DNA of 64,000 nucleotides from Schmidtea polychroa (GCA_044892525.1 CM097885.1:2358001-2422000); one strand, 5' to 3'. Shown: positions 13,600 through 25,869, numbered from the stretch's first letter. Notes: generated from the letters alone by a model not told the origin. Numbers and translations: made by a program.

Positions 13600-15421
13600 T
13601 CATTTGCTGGTCTTGGTAACAACCAGATATATCGATATCGCCACGATCAGGAACATCACTATGGCAACAATCGCCAGGATCAATCGGTTCTGAACGATTC
13701 TGCACTCGATTATTCATTCACCAGATTATTATTATTCACCGCATGACATTTGCTTACTTTCTGGTCATCCTTGACAGCATTCGTGAGCTGGTTGCCAGGT
13801 CCTCGTTGGTCTCCCTCAGCTGAATGATGGCAGCCGTTATTCGATATGCCCGTGAATGATTGGTTGATTGGCTGCCCCCTGCTGGATGTGATTGGCTGCC
13901 CCTGCTGGATATGATTGGCTGCCCCCCCTGCTGCAGGATGCGATTGGCTGCCCCCCCCCCTGCTGCTGGATGTGATTGGCTGCCCCCTGCTGGATGTGAT
14001 TGGCTGCCCCCTGCTGGATGTGATTGGCTGCCCCCTGCTGGATGTGATTGGCTGCCCCCCCTGCTGCAGGATGCGATTGGCTGCCCCCCCTGCTGCAGGA
14101 TGCGATTGGCTGCCCCCCCTGCTGGATGTGATTGGCTGCCCCCCCTGCTGGATGCGATTGGCTGCCCCCCCTGCTGGATGTGATTGGCTGCCCCCTGCTG
14201 GATATGATTGGCTGCCCCCCCCCTGCTGCAGGATGCGATTGGCTGCCCCCCCCTGCTGGATGTGATTGGCTGCCCCCCCTGCTGGCTGTGATTGGCTGCC
14301 CCCTGCTGGATGTGATTGGCTGCCCCCCCCTGCAGGATGCGATTGGCTGCCCCCCCTGCAGGATGCGATTGGCTGCCCCCCCTGCTGGATGTGATTGGCT
14401 GCCCCCTGCTGGATATGATTGGCTGCTCCCCCCACTGCTGGATATGATTGGCTGCCCCCCCTGCTGGATGTGATTGGCTGCCCCCCCCTGCTGGATGTGA
14501 TTGGCTGCCCCCCCTGCTGGCTGTGATTGGCTGCCCCCTGCTGGATGTGATTGGCTGCCCCCCCTGCAGGATGCGATTGGCTGCCCCCTGCAGGATGCGA
14601 TTGGCTGCCCCCCTGCTGCAGGATGCGATTGGCTGCCCCCCCCTGCTGGATATGATTGGCTGCCCCCTGCTGGATATGATTGGCTGTTCCCCCCACTGCT
14701 GGATGCGATTGGCTGACCCGCCTCACAACAGCAATATGATGACAGCCCCCAACCCAGCGCCTCCCAAATGCAATTGACCCCCTCAATAAGCAAGAATTAC
14801 CCGATCTCTGCTCCTTGTTAATTTCTCCCTCTGCTCACCGAGATCCTCAAGAATCTGCGTTCCGATATGCTCTGTCTCGATTGTCATGCGATATCCATCA
14901 TCTAATTTCTGACCGGCTCGCTCTAGCCTCTCAGTATTCTTGATCAGCCGCAATTTGGGATCATTCTCGCCTCCAAAAAGTTCCTCTCGAGCATCATTGG
15001 CATCTCCATAGCCATTTGCTGATTTCAATCTCACATTCCTCTAGAAAAGTATTTCAAGAATAATTTCTCTACCAATTTTCATTTGTTAACTCACAAATTC
15101 TTTTTCAAGATTTTCCAACTCTTTTGTGTGACTTTGCAAACGATTTTTATATTTAGGTCGTAAATTTATGTCGAAAGAATTAATTTCCAATTCCATTTGC
15201 TGCAACAAATCTTTTGCATCAACAAATAAATTTTCAATTTTTTTAACATGCTTTGTCGAATCTTCTGATTTATCTGACATTAATTAAATTAATTATTTCA
15301 ACATCATACTGGATAAATCACCCCTGAGATAAGTTACTAACTGACCAAGAGAAAATGTTATTTCACTTGTAATATTCCCATATTGCTTTTCATGATTTTC
15401 AAATAAAGAATTCATTGTCAT
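13600..15421 (-). CDS. VTI1A: Vesicle transport v-SNARE VTI1A-like (Qb-SNARE), 5 exons
   Basis: Exons are 15421-15310 (MTMNSLFENHEKQYGNITSEITFSLG...), ~15264/15273-15095 (...DAKDLLQQMELEI...YKNRLQSHTKELENLEKEF), 15040-14801 (...NTERLERAGQKLDDGYRMTIETEHIGTQILEDLGEQREKLTRSRDR), 13819-13758 (LRETNEDLATSSRMLSRMTRK) and 13699-13600 (IVQNRLILAIVAIVMFLIVAISIYLVVTKTSK*). All introns are GT-AG with compatible phases. The protein has Habc, SNARE and C-terminal TM regions as in VTI1A. The exact intron-1 boundaries are ambiguous. Confidence 0.93.
13858..14716. repeat. GC-rich ~21-27-bp minisatellite (gattggctgcccc(c)ntgctggatgt) in VTI1A intron 3
   Basis: Roughly 35-40 units, each containing gattggctg, with variable C-run length. 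Confidence 0.97.
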
Positions 15422-16593
15422 AAAAGTTAAATAATAAAATTATATATCTTAATTATCAATAATAAAATTTCAAATTTGATTGTTTACAAAGATTTTAATA
15501 TTAATAAAACAAAGCAAATTATAAAATTGCAAAGTTTATTAAAATTTCATCGGTAACAATTCTAACTATGTTTTATTAAATTTTCAAGATTTAGTAATGA
15601 AAAATTCATTTATTGTATTAATTTCGGAATCAACGTTTTTTTATTAATACCGAAATAGCGAAATAGAAGATTTTAAGTAAAGAACAAAAGATTATTTATA
15701 CTATTGCTAAATTTATCTAGTAATTCATTTATTTGAATAAACTTATCGCGCTTTAATATTTTAAAATTATTAGTTAATTTCAAAGTTTCTATTTCAATAT
15801 TATTTTAAAATTATGTTGTCGATGTGATAAGCCAAATCCTTGGTTTTTACCTTTTTAATGAGAATTAGCTTGATTCATTACCATGGGAACGCAGATTAAA
15901 ACATTTATGAATTTACTATAATGATGGGTTCCAGTGGCTTAGGTTACTAATTTACTGATCTCATGGCATTGGAAAGCCCATCAAATTATTCGTACTATGA
16001 AAAAACTACGGAACGGGCCACAACAAATATCTAGTCAATATATACGCAGACGATAAATAAAACAAGCCCAGCTAACTGATCCAAATCCCATTTGATTTCA
16101 AAAACAATTATTCAATTTAACATTTGATTGTTTATTTGATTAAATGGTGGTTTTTCTAAATTCTTGTCTCTACATGGAAGATATTAAAACATTTATGAAT
16201 TTACTATAATGATAGGGTCCAGCGGGTTACTAATTTTTGTGTATTGCATTTTAATCATTAATAACTTGAATTATATAATTTTACCAAAATGAATTGGCTA
16301 ATATTTCTCACAAAACTTCATAAGAACACATTAATAGCTTGTTACAGCTCGACCGAGGTTTCTATACATTGATAAACACTTTTTGAAACGATTTTTTTAC
16401 AAACAGGTTTAAACTTGCAAATAATGAACCGAAGCACTGTAATGCCAAATGACAACACTAAGTGATTCAGGTTTATTTCTTATATAAAAATATTTTTACG
16501 TATTCTTAATTATATTTTGCGTTATTATAAAAAATTAATTATTTAAAAAAAATTAATAATAACAAGGACATGGAGAAAATATTATAATAAAGT

Positions 16594-16618
16594 ATTATTA
16601 TTATTAATATTATTATTA

Positions 16619-16711
<93 letters not shown>
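16594..16711. repeat. (ATT)n microsatellite, left flank of the 3.9-kb LTR-like unit
   Basis: Direct inspection. Confidence 0.95.
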
Positions 16712-16712
<1 letters not shown>

Positions 16713-17039
16713 GTTGGGCTGAGTCGGAAAATCAATTTGGGAAACTAAGAAAGTAAAATAAGCAAGAGATTAAAAGAAAACAAAATAAAATAAACAAATT
16801 TAGGAATACAATAAAATAAGATATAAAAACAATAATTAGAAAATAAGAAATAAAACAAAAAATATAAAACTAAGAAAAATTAAAATAGGACAATAGAATG
16901 ACGAAAAATAACGTAAAATGTAGCAAATAATAAGGAAATCAAAGAAATTAAATAAAAACATAATAAAAATAAAGAAAATAGGAAGAAATAACTCAAAAAC
17001 AAGGAAAATAAATTAAAATAATAAAATTAAGCGGTACTC

Positions 17040-17085
17040 AATGCTGATTGGTCCTCGTAAATAGAAAATTAATATATAAGCAGAC
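17040..17085 (+). promoter_or_regulatory. Putative LTR promoter (reverse CCAAT box plus TATA box)
   Basis: ctgattgg at ~17044-17051 followed by aatatataag at 17071-17080, at the end of an A-rich tract. Confidence 0.5.
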
Positions 17086-19267
17086 ATTAAAATCATAATA
17101 ATTACCGTTAATCCAACAATTGCAATAGGTAAGTGTATTTTAACTACCGTTAATTACCGTTAATCCAACAATTGCAATAGAAACAACAACTCACAGCTAA
17201 CAGCCACCGACTTACAGTAGCTTACAAGGACTATTTCAGAAAATCAAGAAACTTCAACTAAATCTATACTCTACTCAAGCATCAACCGATTCGACCCAGT
17301 GTTTTCGACTCAGCCTATATTGAATACTTGGTAAGGAGTTTTTCGTTTTATATTTAGGTCTATTAAGCAATAATTATGTATATATGCATTAATTATAATT
17401 TTTATTTTTAAAATTTTGTTCTCTTTTCGTTTGATTTAAATGCGTTACGTAATTGAATGATTTAGTGATTTAACAATAAATGATTTATTATGCATCAGTA
17501 ATCTTATTATTTGTGATTTTATGCTATTCAAATTTTTCGAGAAACGTGGCGTTGAGATACTCCATGTCATGGTGTGAGGTGCCTTCGGGAGCTCAGCCGG
17601 TGGACATGGGGTTTTTCAATCACGCAGCTGATTCGGGCCGTAATGTGGGGGCTTCCTCGCGGGTCCGTCGCTGAAGGTGCGACTAAATTCGATAGAAAAT
17701 CATGCGAGAAGAATAGTGTGGAAGAATGAGTACATGAATTGGAGAAAATTTTTGTATATTCGCGTAGTGATTGAGGGTGTCGCACTATCGTCTCATAACA
17801 TCGTTTTACTCCGTTCAAATTTTCTCTATCGCCAGAAGATTCAAGTCCTTCGTCAAAAACTGTTCAAACGTTAGCAATTTTATGTGTGACCTATTATCGG
17901 GGTTCCGGATTTTACTCAAAGTTTAGTCTTACGGTTTCCAGCCAACGAACTTTCGTGATTACTCATTTCATCATCCATGAGTTTCTCTTAAAGCTGTAGT
18001 TATATAGAATTACGAAAATAAATAGTCTCAAACAATTTTTTAATTATAAATACAAATAAATCAAATCAGGAAAAATGTAATTTTTAGAAAATAATTTATC
18101 GTGATGATGCTTACAGATTAAATATGAACCCTCGGTCTACCGATGAATTGCAATCCGGAGTTGAATTAAGCAATAAATTTTCAAATCGATAGGAATAGAT
18201 AGCATATGTTGATGATGACCGAGGGCCACGAGTTGAATTGAGAAATGGTAGTTGAGTGGTTTTGGAGAAACCGTCCACGAAGTAGAAAAATTTCCATAAC
18301 AGTGATGCATATAATTTTAATTTTCCAAAATTTCCCTGAGAATTCGCATGTCAATAGTGTGAGAAGAAGGATTTGGGGTGTGTTCACAGCTGATCAATTA
18401 GCATTACATGCTACGGAGAAACTACATCTGCATGCATACTCAAACATAAAATATCGCATGAGAACATTTGTCAGAAACCGCGATTGTTAATAAGTAGGTG
18501 AGAGTGAAGCTTCAGGTGATCACACATTTTTAGACTCACGGCAGAGGTTCAATGTAGTATATAGACCCACATGCACTATAAATCGCCGGGAATCAGACAT
18601 AATGTGTCAACTGAATTACCATCAAGCTAATGACAGACACTAGATTCTCACCGTTTGGAAGTAGTAGGCAATAGCCAGATAATTAATTAGGGTTCACTTG
18701 CGTGAAGTTGTGTATTCATTTAATCTGAACAAGTTTGGGTTGTGCATGAATAAATGATTATAATTTAATTAGAAAAATTCTTATTTATCCTGACTAAATT
18801 ATTGCAAACAACTTGTAAATGTCTTGATTATCATCAATAAATGATTGAAGGGGAATTAATAGAGTCCTGCCTATTATAAATAACAAGTTTCTAAGTTATT
18901 GACATAGTTCCATAACAGATCTACACATTATTTGCTTAGGGTAAATCTTTAATTTAATCCAAACTACCTTTCCAGGCGGTTTGATCTTTTCAAGTAAACT
19001 AATTAATTTTTTAATTTCATTAACTTGTAGTTTCCCTTATCGGGGGTTATACCTTATCTTCCTTCAGTAAAGCTCTGTATGAATGATCATATGAATGATG
19101 ACCCAAAGTATACAAGATCTGTAGTATAGGGGATTTCTCTAGGCTAATAAACCCGGTTTGTCTGTAAACTACCTATGGTCAGTAAAGTATGATTGTGACC
19201 GGATGAGACGTTCCAATTTGACTTAGATTTTTTTTTATTTTTCATCTTCTCTTCCTAGCCTCTCCAG

Positions 19268-20011
19268 ATGTTACCCAATCCCAAAACCATTCTCAAGCCT
19301 TGTTTTTCTTGTGCAGACAAAAATTCGATCATCAGAGACCTACAGGCTCAAATTGGAAAGTACAAAAGGAAGATAGACGAGCTGGAGGGGACATGGTTTA
19401 GTCCCTCCCAGATGAAGGAGACCCAGAAGAAGTTGTATCGAAGTGAGCATTGCCGTGATGCGCTAATTGCCGAGAGCCGGGCACAGAGGAGCCTGATAAA
19501 AGAGCAGTCGGAAGCGCTGCATAAATTATATGTCCAGGCAGCAACCACCAGGAAGATAGCGAAGATCTCAATTAGTGAAGCTAGCAACCTTTTCCCAGCG
19601 CACCACGACACCTCTGTCAGGTCTTCATCTCCTCTCAGGAAGTCTTGCCGTGAGTGCGTGGAGACCGAGCTTTCTCCCAGAAACCCAGACATTGAAGTCA
19701 CCGGGACTAGTAGGGTCCAGGCGAGCTTTGCATCGGCATCGGCCGTGCAAACACCAACAGCTTCGAAACCGAAACGTCGGCAACTGTCGCGAGCCGAACG
19801 CAAACGGAAACAACGGGAGCGGGCATCGGTCAAGCAGTGTACATCGTCAACCATCGCTCCAGTCAGCAGTAACAATAATCCAACCATGGTCGACCTAACA
19901 GCCGGGATCTCCGGGCGAGTCATCTCCGCCGCCGGGGTGACATGGGAAGAAAACGCCGCCGAGTTTTTTGATCTAAGCGAGTTACTCGCCGACTCGGAGT
20001 GGGAGAAATGA
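19268..20011 (+). CDS. 247-aa unknown protein inside the LTR-like element (coiled coil, Arg/Lys-rich segment, acidic-hydrophobic tail)
   Basis: Uninterrupted ORF, clearly more GC-rich than its surroundings. It is directly preceded by a polypyrimidine tract and cag acceptor (ttttttttatttttcatcttctcttcctagcctctccag|ATG) and followed by AATAAA about 140 bp downstream. Confidence 0.7.
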   Translation: MLPNPKTILKPCFSCADKNSIIRDLQAQIGKYKRKIDELEGTWFSPSQMKETQKKLYRSEHCRDALIAESRAQRSLIKEQSEALHKLYVQAATTRKIAKISISEASNLFPAHHDTSVRSSSPLRKSCRECVETELSPRNPDIEVTGTSRVQASFASASAVQTPTASKPKRRQLSRAERKRKQRERASVKQCTSSTIAPVSSNNNPTMVDLTAGISGRVISAAGVTWEENAAEFFDLSELLADSEWEK

Positions 20012-20574
20012 GGATCTCCCCTAAAATTGGCCTCATTCTCTAGAGAGACCAGAACACTTGCCGAAATCATTTTTTTTTATCTTTATGTTTTTCTTGTTCT
20101 TGTAAATATTGATGTATAAGCTCTCGATGTATTTGCATGAAAATGCCAAAAATAAACCATTTTCACTTATATATGCGTTTCGTTTTGTCGTAAAATAGTG
20201 AATACGAGATAGATGAACCGCATTGGGAGTCTCACGAAACGAGGAGCATTAGTCAGTTAGAAACTCCAGTTAGGGGCATCGCGACGGGCGACAGAGTGAG
20301 AAGACGTAAGTCCTTCTATCGGCAGTCGGGGTTAGGAAGTCGAGACCTCAGTAAGGAGTAGTCCGAAGGAGCTGGCTCACCTGCTTACTGGCGTCTCGCC
20401 GGCATAGCACAGTTCCAACGTGAAGCAACTCACGGGTGCTATGCTGGAGTGTAGGTTATGTACGGGTCCTGCTCAACGATGACAAAAATAAAGACGAGCG
20501 AAATCGATGTGGGCATTTCATCCTCTAGATTAAACGCGGAACAAAGGGGGGTCATCTGAGTAGTTACCCGCCAA

Positions 20575-20576
<2 letters not shown>

Positions 20577-20634
<58 letters not shown>

Positions 20635-20660
20635 CATTATTATTATTATTATCATTATTA

Positions 20661-20709
<49 letters not shown>

Positions 20710-20735
20710 CATTATTATTATTATTATCATTATTA

Positions 20736-20806
<71 letters not shown>
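20577..20806. repeat. (ATT)n/(ATC) microsatellite, right flank of the 3.9-kb LTR-like unit
   Basis: Direct inspection. Confidence 0.95.
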
Positions 20807-21524
20807 GCACTTCCTAAATAAATTGTGTTATTATTGATTAATTATAATTATTTACTTTAATACGAAAAAGTAAGTAAAACATGAAAATAAATGATCAAGG
20901 ATATACTAAATATTTATATTAAATATATAGTAGTAAAGTAAAATAAAATAAGTATTTATATTACTGTATTAAAACAAAGTGTATTTCAAATTATGCTATT
21001 CGATTTAAATAATAAAAAAAGTTCATGTCTTGCATGGATTCCTATAGGGAGCATGAAGTACATTTACTCACAAAACATAACAATCATCAATTTGATCATT
21101 TTGTTGTAATAATTTTTCAAAAAGGAAATAAAAAAAATTGTGAAACGTTTTGTGCAAATTTTGTAATTTAATGAATTTTATTATATAAAAGTCTTAATTT
21201 ATTTATCTAAGTAACAAATGTACGTTCAGACAATCTCACATTTGGAAACCTCTACATATAAATTCTCATAGCCTTACCTGATTAGATGATACCCGTCACA
21301 AGGTATCCTTCAATATGGTCCAAAAATGATCAATAAAACGTCTGAAATTTTATATATTTTTATAAATTTTAATTATATTTTAAAATTCCCAATTTAGCAC
21401 AAACCTTGGACTCCGACTTTTTGAAATATTCTTCTATTTTTGTGTTCCTAAAGTACATCAACCTTGATATGGGGAAATATATCACGCTAGAAACAAAGTG
21501 ATTTGAAAAATTTCATCAATAGGA

Positions 21525-21612
21525 AAAGCAAAAGTTGCAAATGGAAAGTGCAAAAAAGTGCAAAATGCAAAAGTGCAAAAGTGCAAAAGTGCAAAAGTGC
21601 AAAAGTGCAAAA
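21525..21612. repeat. 8-bp tandem repeat (gtgcaaaa)n
   Basis: Direct inspection. Confidence 0.85.
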
Positions 21613-21829
21613 TTTGAATATGAAGTTTGAATTTGTGTTGAAACCAGAAACATTTCTGAAAGGCAATTTTTTCAATTTCAGAAACTAAATGTTAGGAATA
21701 TTTATTGTGATTGCATGGAAAAGATGCTGTTGAGAAGGGAAGAATTAAAACAAGAAATTTCTAATGTGCCATTTTTAATGCATTTTTATTAATTTTAATA
21801 CAATTTGTTCTAATATTCTTGTTATTTAC

Positions 21830-23000
21830 CAAGCAACAGTCATCAGTAGTCACTTGTGGGAATTTCTCCATTAAATCGTCAAGCGTATTTTCATTGCTAC
21901 CAAGTGCTTTAACAAAGAGTCTCATAAGTTTAAGCTTAAAGTGCAGAGGAAGAAGTAATATTTTGCTGGGATACGCAATTGGCAGGTATTCCACGCTTTT
22001 TCTTTTCCTGGAATACAGTCTTTTCGTGCAGGCTATTTCTTTTGTGTGAAATTAGGATAATCATCTCGACTCTCCCAAAGGCAGAAAAAGCAGAGGTGTT
22101 TTGTATATCCACCTTGAAGGCCAACTAGCATAGAGGTTACCTTCAAATCACCAGAGTAACTCCTTTTTGTAAGTCACTGCAGAAAGAGGTAGTTCAATAT
22201 ACTCATACGTTTCTTTCATGCAAACTGAGTAAGCGAGAGGAGAGATGCCAACTCATTTTCATTCTTTGAGAAGCCAATTAACAGTCGCAAATCATTAGCG
22301 TGATAGCCATGACCAATTTGGATAACTATGCCGTTACTGTCTTTGCAATATACGAGTGCATCTTTGAATGGGGAAATCTGTTAAATTCTTTCTCATGAAG
22401 GCGAAAAGATTATGTTCACATAATTGCGAGCCAAGAAGTTGAGCAAAGTCTTTTGGTAGGTTCAAATCACGTTCCAAATCATCAAGATTTTCTTGAGTGA
22501 GTAATTTTGAAGCTTTTGCCTTATCAGGTTCTTGAGAACTCAATTTTGTATTATCATATTTAGCAGACGGATTAGGTAGAGGAGGGATTGGAACATCATA
22601 CGAGTGAGATAAGATTTGGATAATTTATATTTAGGAATCCTTTTATATTCATCATATATAAATAGCATTCGTTGACATGACTTGTGAACTCTCATGAAAC
22701 CATAAGAATTCAAAAAGACAAACAATTTCTCTGACTCCAACTCCATTTTTGCAAGTCCTCTACGCATTACTTGCAGATAATATGGGAGCCTGTTGCTTTT
22801 GTTTATCACTCAGTTTGCAAATAACAAAAGGGCGAGCAACCCATATTCAAAGGTATGCATCAATAAAATGTGAATTACACAGAATATAAGGCATCACAGC
22901 ATCATATCCCATGTCTGCACATGTCAACATATGTATTCTGTTATTTGCATATACCTCTCTGAGATAGGCAGTGAATCAAATGAATTACATAAACAAAATA
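21830..23000 (-). mobile_element. Decayed DNA transposase, probably CMC/Chapaev3-like
   Basis: Minus-strand fragments read 'LLTQENLDDLERDLNLPKDFAQLLGSQLCEHNL', 'GDLKVTSMLVGLQGGYTKHLCFFCLWESRD' and 'KILLLPLHFKLKLMRLFVKAL...EKFP'. These match the NDLVRDL / LQGGYTK.CFLC.WDSR / LPPLHIKLGLMKQFVKA motif series. The superfamily label is from recall. Confidence 0.75.
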
Positions 23001-23465
23001 TTGACTGTCAGAGGAATTTTTTTTAAATCTGTTGCAGTTCGAAAATTTTAAATTTTCAAATGATTAAAAAAGAAATATTGAAAATTCAAAATCAAGAAAT
23101 CAACAGCATAAGGGAGCCCAAATTCAGAATCAATCGGCATTTTGCATCAGTTAGAGACGTAGAAATCGAAAGAAGGATTAAATGAAAAAGTTAAAGTAAG
23201 AAGATAAAATTAACGGAAAGGCAAATAAAATCATCAAGTTAGATCAAAGTAAATAAAAGAAATGATTATTGTTGAAGAACGTGCAGAACCAGAGCGGTCA
23301 TATCGAGACTTATTGAATATTCAGGATAGGCTTTTTATTGCGATATTCGGTGTTTTGTAAATTGCAGATTATACACATTTGAATGTAAATATAAATTGAT
23401 TGTTGTTTACCTAATTGGTTTTGCAGAACACGTGCAGTCAGAAACACCGACTTTAATATTAGTTG

Positions 23466-24149
23466 CATCTGGGCCCCTTGAAATCATGGTTAGAATATTT
23501 ACAGTTGCATTTGAACCATTGTAACATTTGATATCATTCATCATTATGCAATTTATTTTATTATTTTATTTTATTTTCACATTTATACTGATTGTGCCCC
23601 CCCCCCTATCTGGAGTTCTCCATGAATTTCCCAGCATAAATCAAGTCAAATATAACAATAAAATAACAATAATATTGACCGTCTAACTGGTAATAATAAA
23701 AATAATCAAAATAATAACCACAAAATTATTATTATTAATTATAAACAATTATAAATTATAATAAAATGATAAATTACAATAAATAATAATAAAATTATTA
23801 AAATATTGTGTTAAATAATTAATGGTAAATATAAAATAAATAATAACAATGAAAATTAATTTATTTTGATTAGGATTATAAATCAAATTGATTATAATAA
23901 TAAATAATAGAAATAATAATATTAATAATAATGATAATAATAATAATAACAATGATAATAATAATAATAATAATAATAAAATTATAATAATAATAAATAA
24001 TAATAATATTAAAAAATAATTTATTCATTTAACATTTAATAAATGCTGCTACCAATACATCATTATTTTATATCAATGTTATTATTATTATTATGATTAT
24101 TATTATTATTATTATTATTATGATTATTATTATTATTATTATTATTATG

Positions 24150-24187
<38 letters not shown>

Positions 24188-24302
24188 GATTATTATTATT
24201 ATTATTATTATTATGATTATTATTATTATTATTATTATTATGATTATTATTATTATTATTATTATTATTATGATTATTATTATTATTATTATTATTATTA
24301 TG

Positions 24303-24335
<33 letters not shown>

Positions 24336-25547
24336 GTTATTATTATTATTACAATTATATTTCTAAAAATAACAGTGAATTTTGAGTAAAACCTTGCTAA
24401 TCCCAATAATGAAATGATGACATAATTCAGTTGAGGGGGGGGCGAGTGAGTCATTTTGAACAAAGTAAGCTTTCATAAAAATATCCCAAAATTTGTTAGC
24501 AGTTGTGATTGTTTAAATTGAAGCAATTTGCCCTCAATATTGACGCATGCCATGCAAATGATTCATGGCAAATGATCCCATAGCAAAATGTTGCTCCTCG
24601 CTGCTTGGGAATGCACACCAACAGAATTGTCAGCAATCACCATGCCTATGCATGCTAGCAAACATATCCCATGCACACACACACACAAGCGCATTCACTC
24701 ATTCACTCTCCCACACGCACACACGCGCATTCACTCATTCACTCTCCCACACACACACAAGCGCATTCACTCACTCTCTCTCACACGCACACACACAAGC
24801 ACACACACAGGCAGAAGGAATAATTCTTATAAATGCCTTTCAGTAACAGAATTGCTAGTAGAGAAATCGATAAAATTCTAGAACGCTGCCGATTTTATTG
24901 TAAATAAGTTTTGTAAGTTTTGTTTGATATTGGAAAGGTTTATAAAGGTTTTTAGGTAGGCCTTTCTATGGGCGTGATGAAGATTGATTTGATGGAGGAT
25001 TTGATGGAGGATTTGATGGAGGATGTTATTTGCCAGCGGTAATGTGATTCTATGAACTTGTTGGAGCTTACTATGATCTCTTTGTACATACGGTCTGTTG
25101 TGGCTTGACGCTCGTCTTGTCTACTGATTTTGTTTTGATCTTTTTGTTTAATAAATCTTTTTGTAATTGATTTTTATTCCAATGTCAATGATGGACTTAT
25201 ATCAACCATTTCATGCATGACTGCACTTGACTGTGTCACATATCTTTATCGCAACCATTATCGGTTCCAATAAGCTAAGCTAAGCGGGTAAAGGCCACCG
25301 AGTTCACAGAATAACGCAAATCCACATGAGAATATGATATGAATGCGTTGCGGATGGGAATGAGGTACATTAAATTGGGAGAGAGGTATATGAAAGGATT
25401 ATGATGTCACAAGGATTGGTAAAGGGGTTACTTAATGATCTGAATGAATACAATATTATGCCTTTCAGCTATATTTTGTTGCCTTAATTTACTGCTGTAA
25501 ATTCAACCTTTAAATTAATAATTAATTAAGTAATAATTTGATCAAAT
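23466..25547 (+). repeat. Dispersed direct repeat, copy 1 (24421-25547 near-identical to 42456-43600; 23466-23647 a diverged match to 41800-41983)
   Basis: Shared ORF translations (MANDPIAKCCSSLLGNA...) and visibly colinear sequence. It contains AAT/ATT tracts and (cac/cattcact) subrepeats. Confidence 0.93.
24078..24352. repeat. (ATT)n microsatellite with periodic ATG interruptions
   Basis: atg interrupts the tract every ~27-39 bp. Confidence 0.95.
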
Positions 25548-25869
25548 CTCTTGGATGTTATTTAGTTAATTCATGTTTGCAAATTTGTCTGTGCATGATG
25601 GAGGGTCTAGTGATGATGACCTATATCCTTGATTCAAGGGTTTATCTATCCATGACATTCACAATGACCTTCCACGCAAGTTCAATGCAAGGTTGGAAGT
25701 TTGAACAAATGGGGAGGGGGGAAAGGGTAGTCAGTTGCACATGTAAATGATGGAATGGCTTGGTCAAGGCGTCCTTCTCCATGCATCACATTCTATATTT
25801 ATGATTCGAGTCTCCCTGTTGTTTCGGATTTGTATTGATAGTTTTCTGAATAAATTTCTAGGCGCTAAA

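Larger units (their letters stand above)
16712..20576 (+). mobile_element. 3.9-kb solo-LTR-like element (TGTTGG...CCAACA) inserted in an (ATT)n tract
   Basis: 6-bp inverted termini with TG...CA, and TTAT on both sides (a compatible 4-bp TSD, but within a microsatellite). Internal order is an A-rich U3-like region, CCAAT (attgg ~17047), TATA (~17073), splice donor (~17331), ORF, AATAAA (~20151) and a GC-richer 3' part. No gag/pol. Confidence 0.75.

Noticed and set aside
13710..14793. Long ORFs (358 and 318 aa and others) across the GC-rich repeat
   Set aside because: They are translations of the intronic minisatellite. The VTI1A exons splice cleanly around it.
20563..20576. LTR end cccgccaaca identical to a 10-mer in the Polinton subterminal units (e.g. 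~26422)
   Set aside because: Only 10 bp with no extended similarity, so coincidence cannot be excluded.
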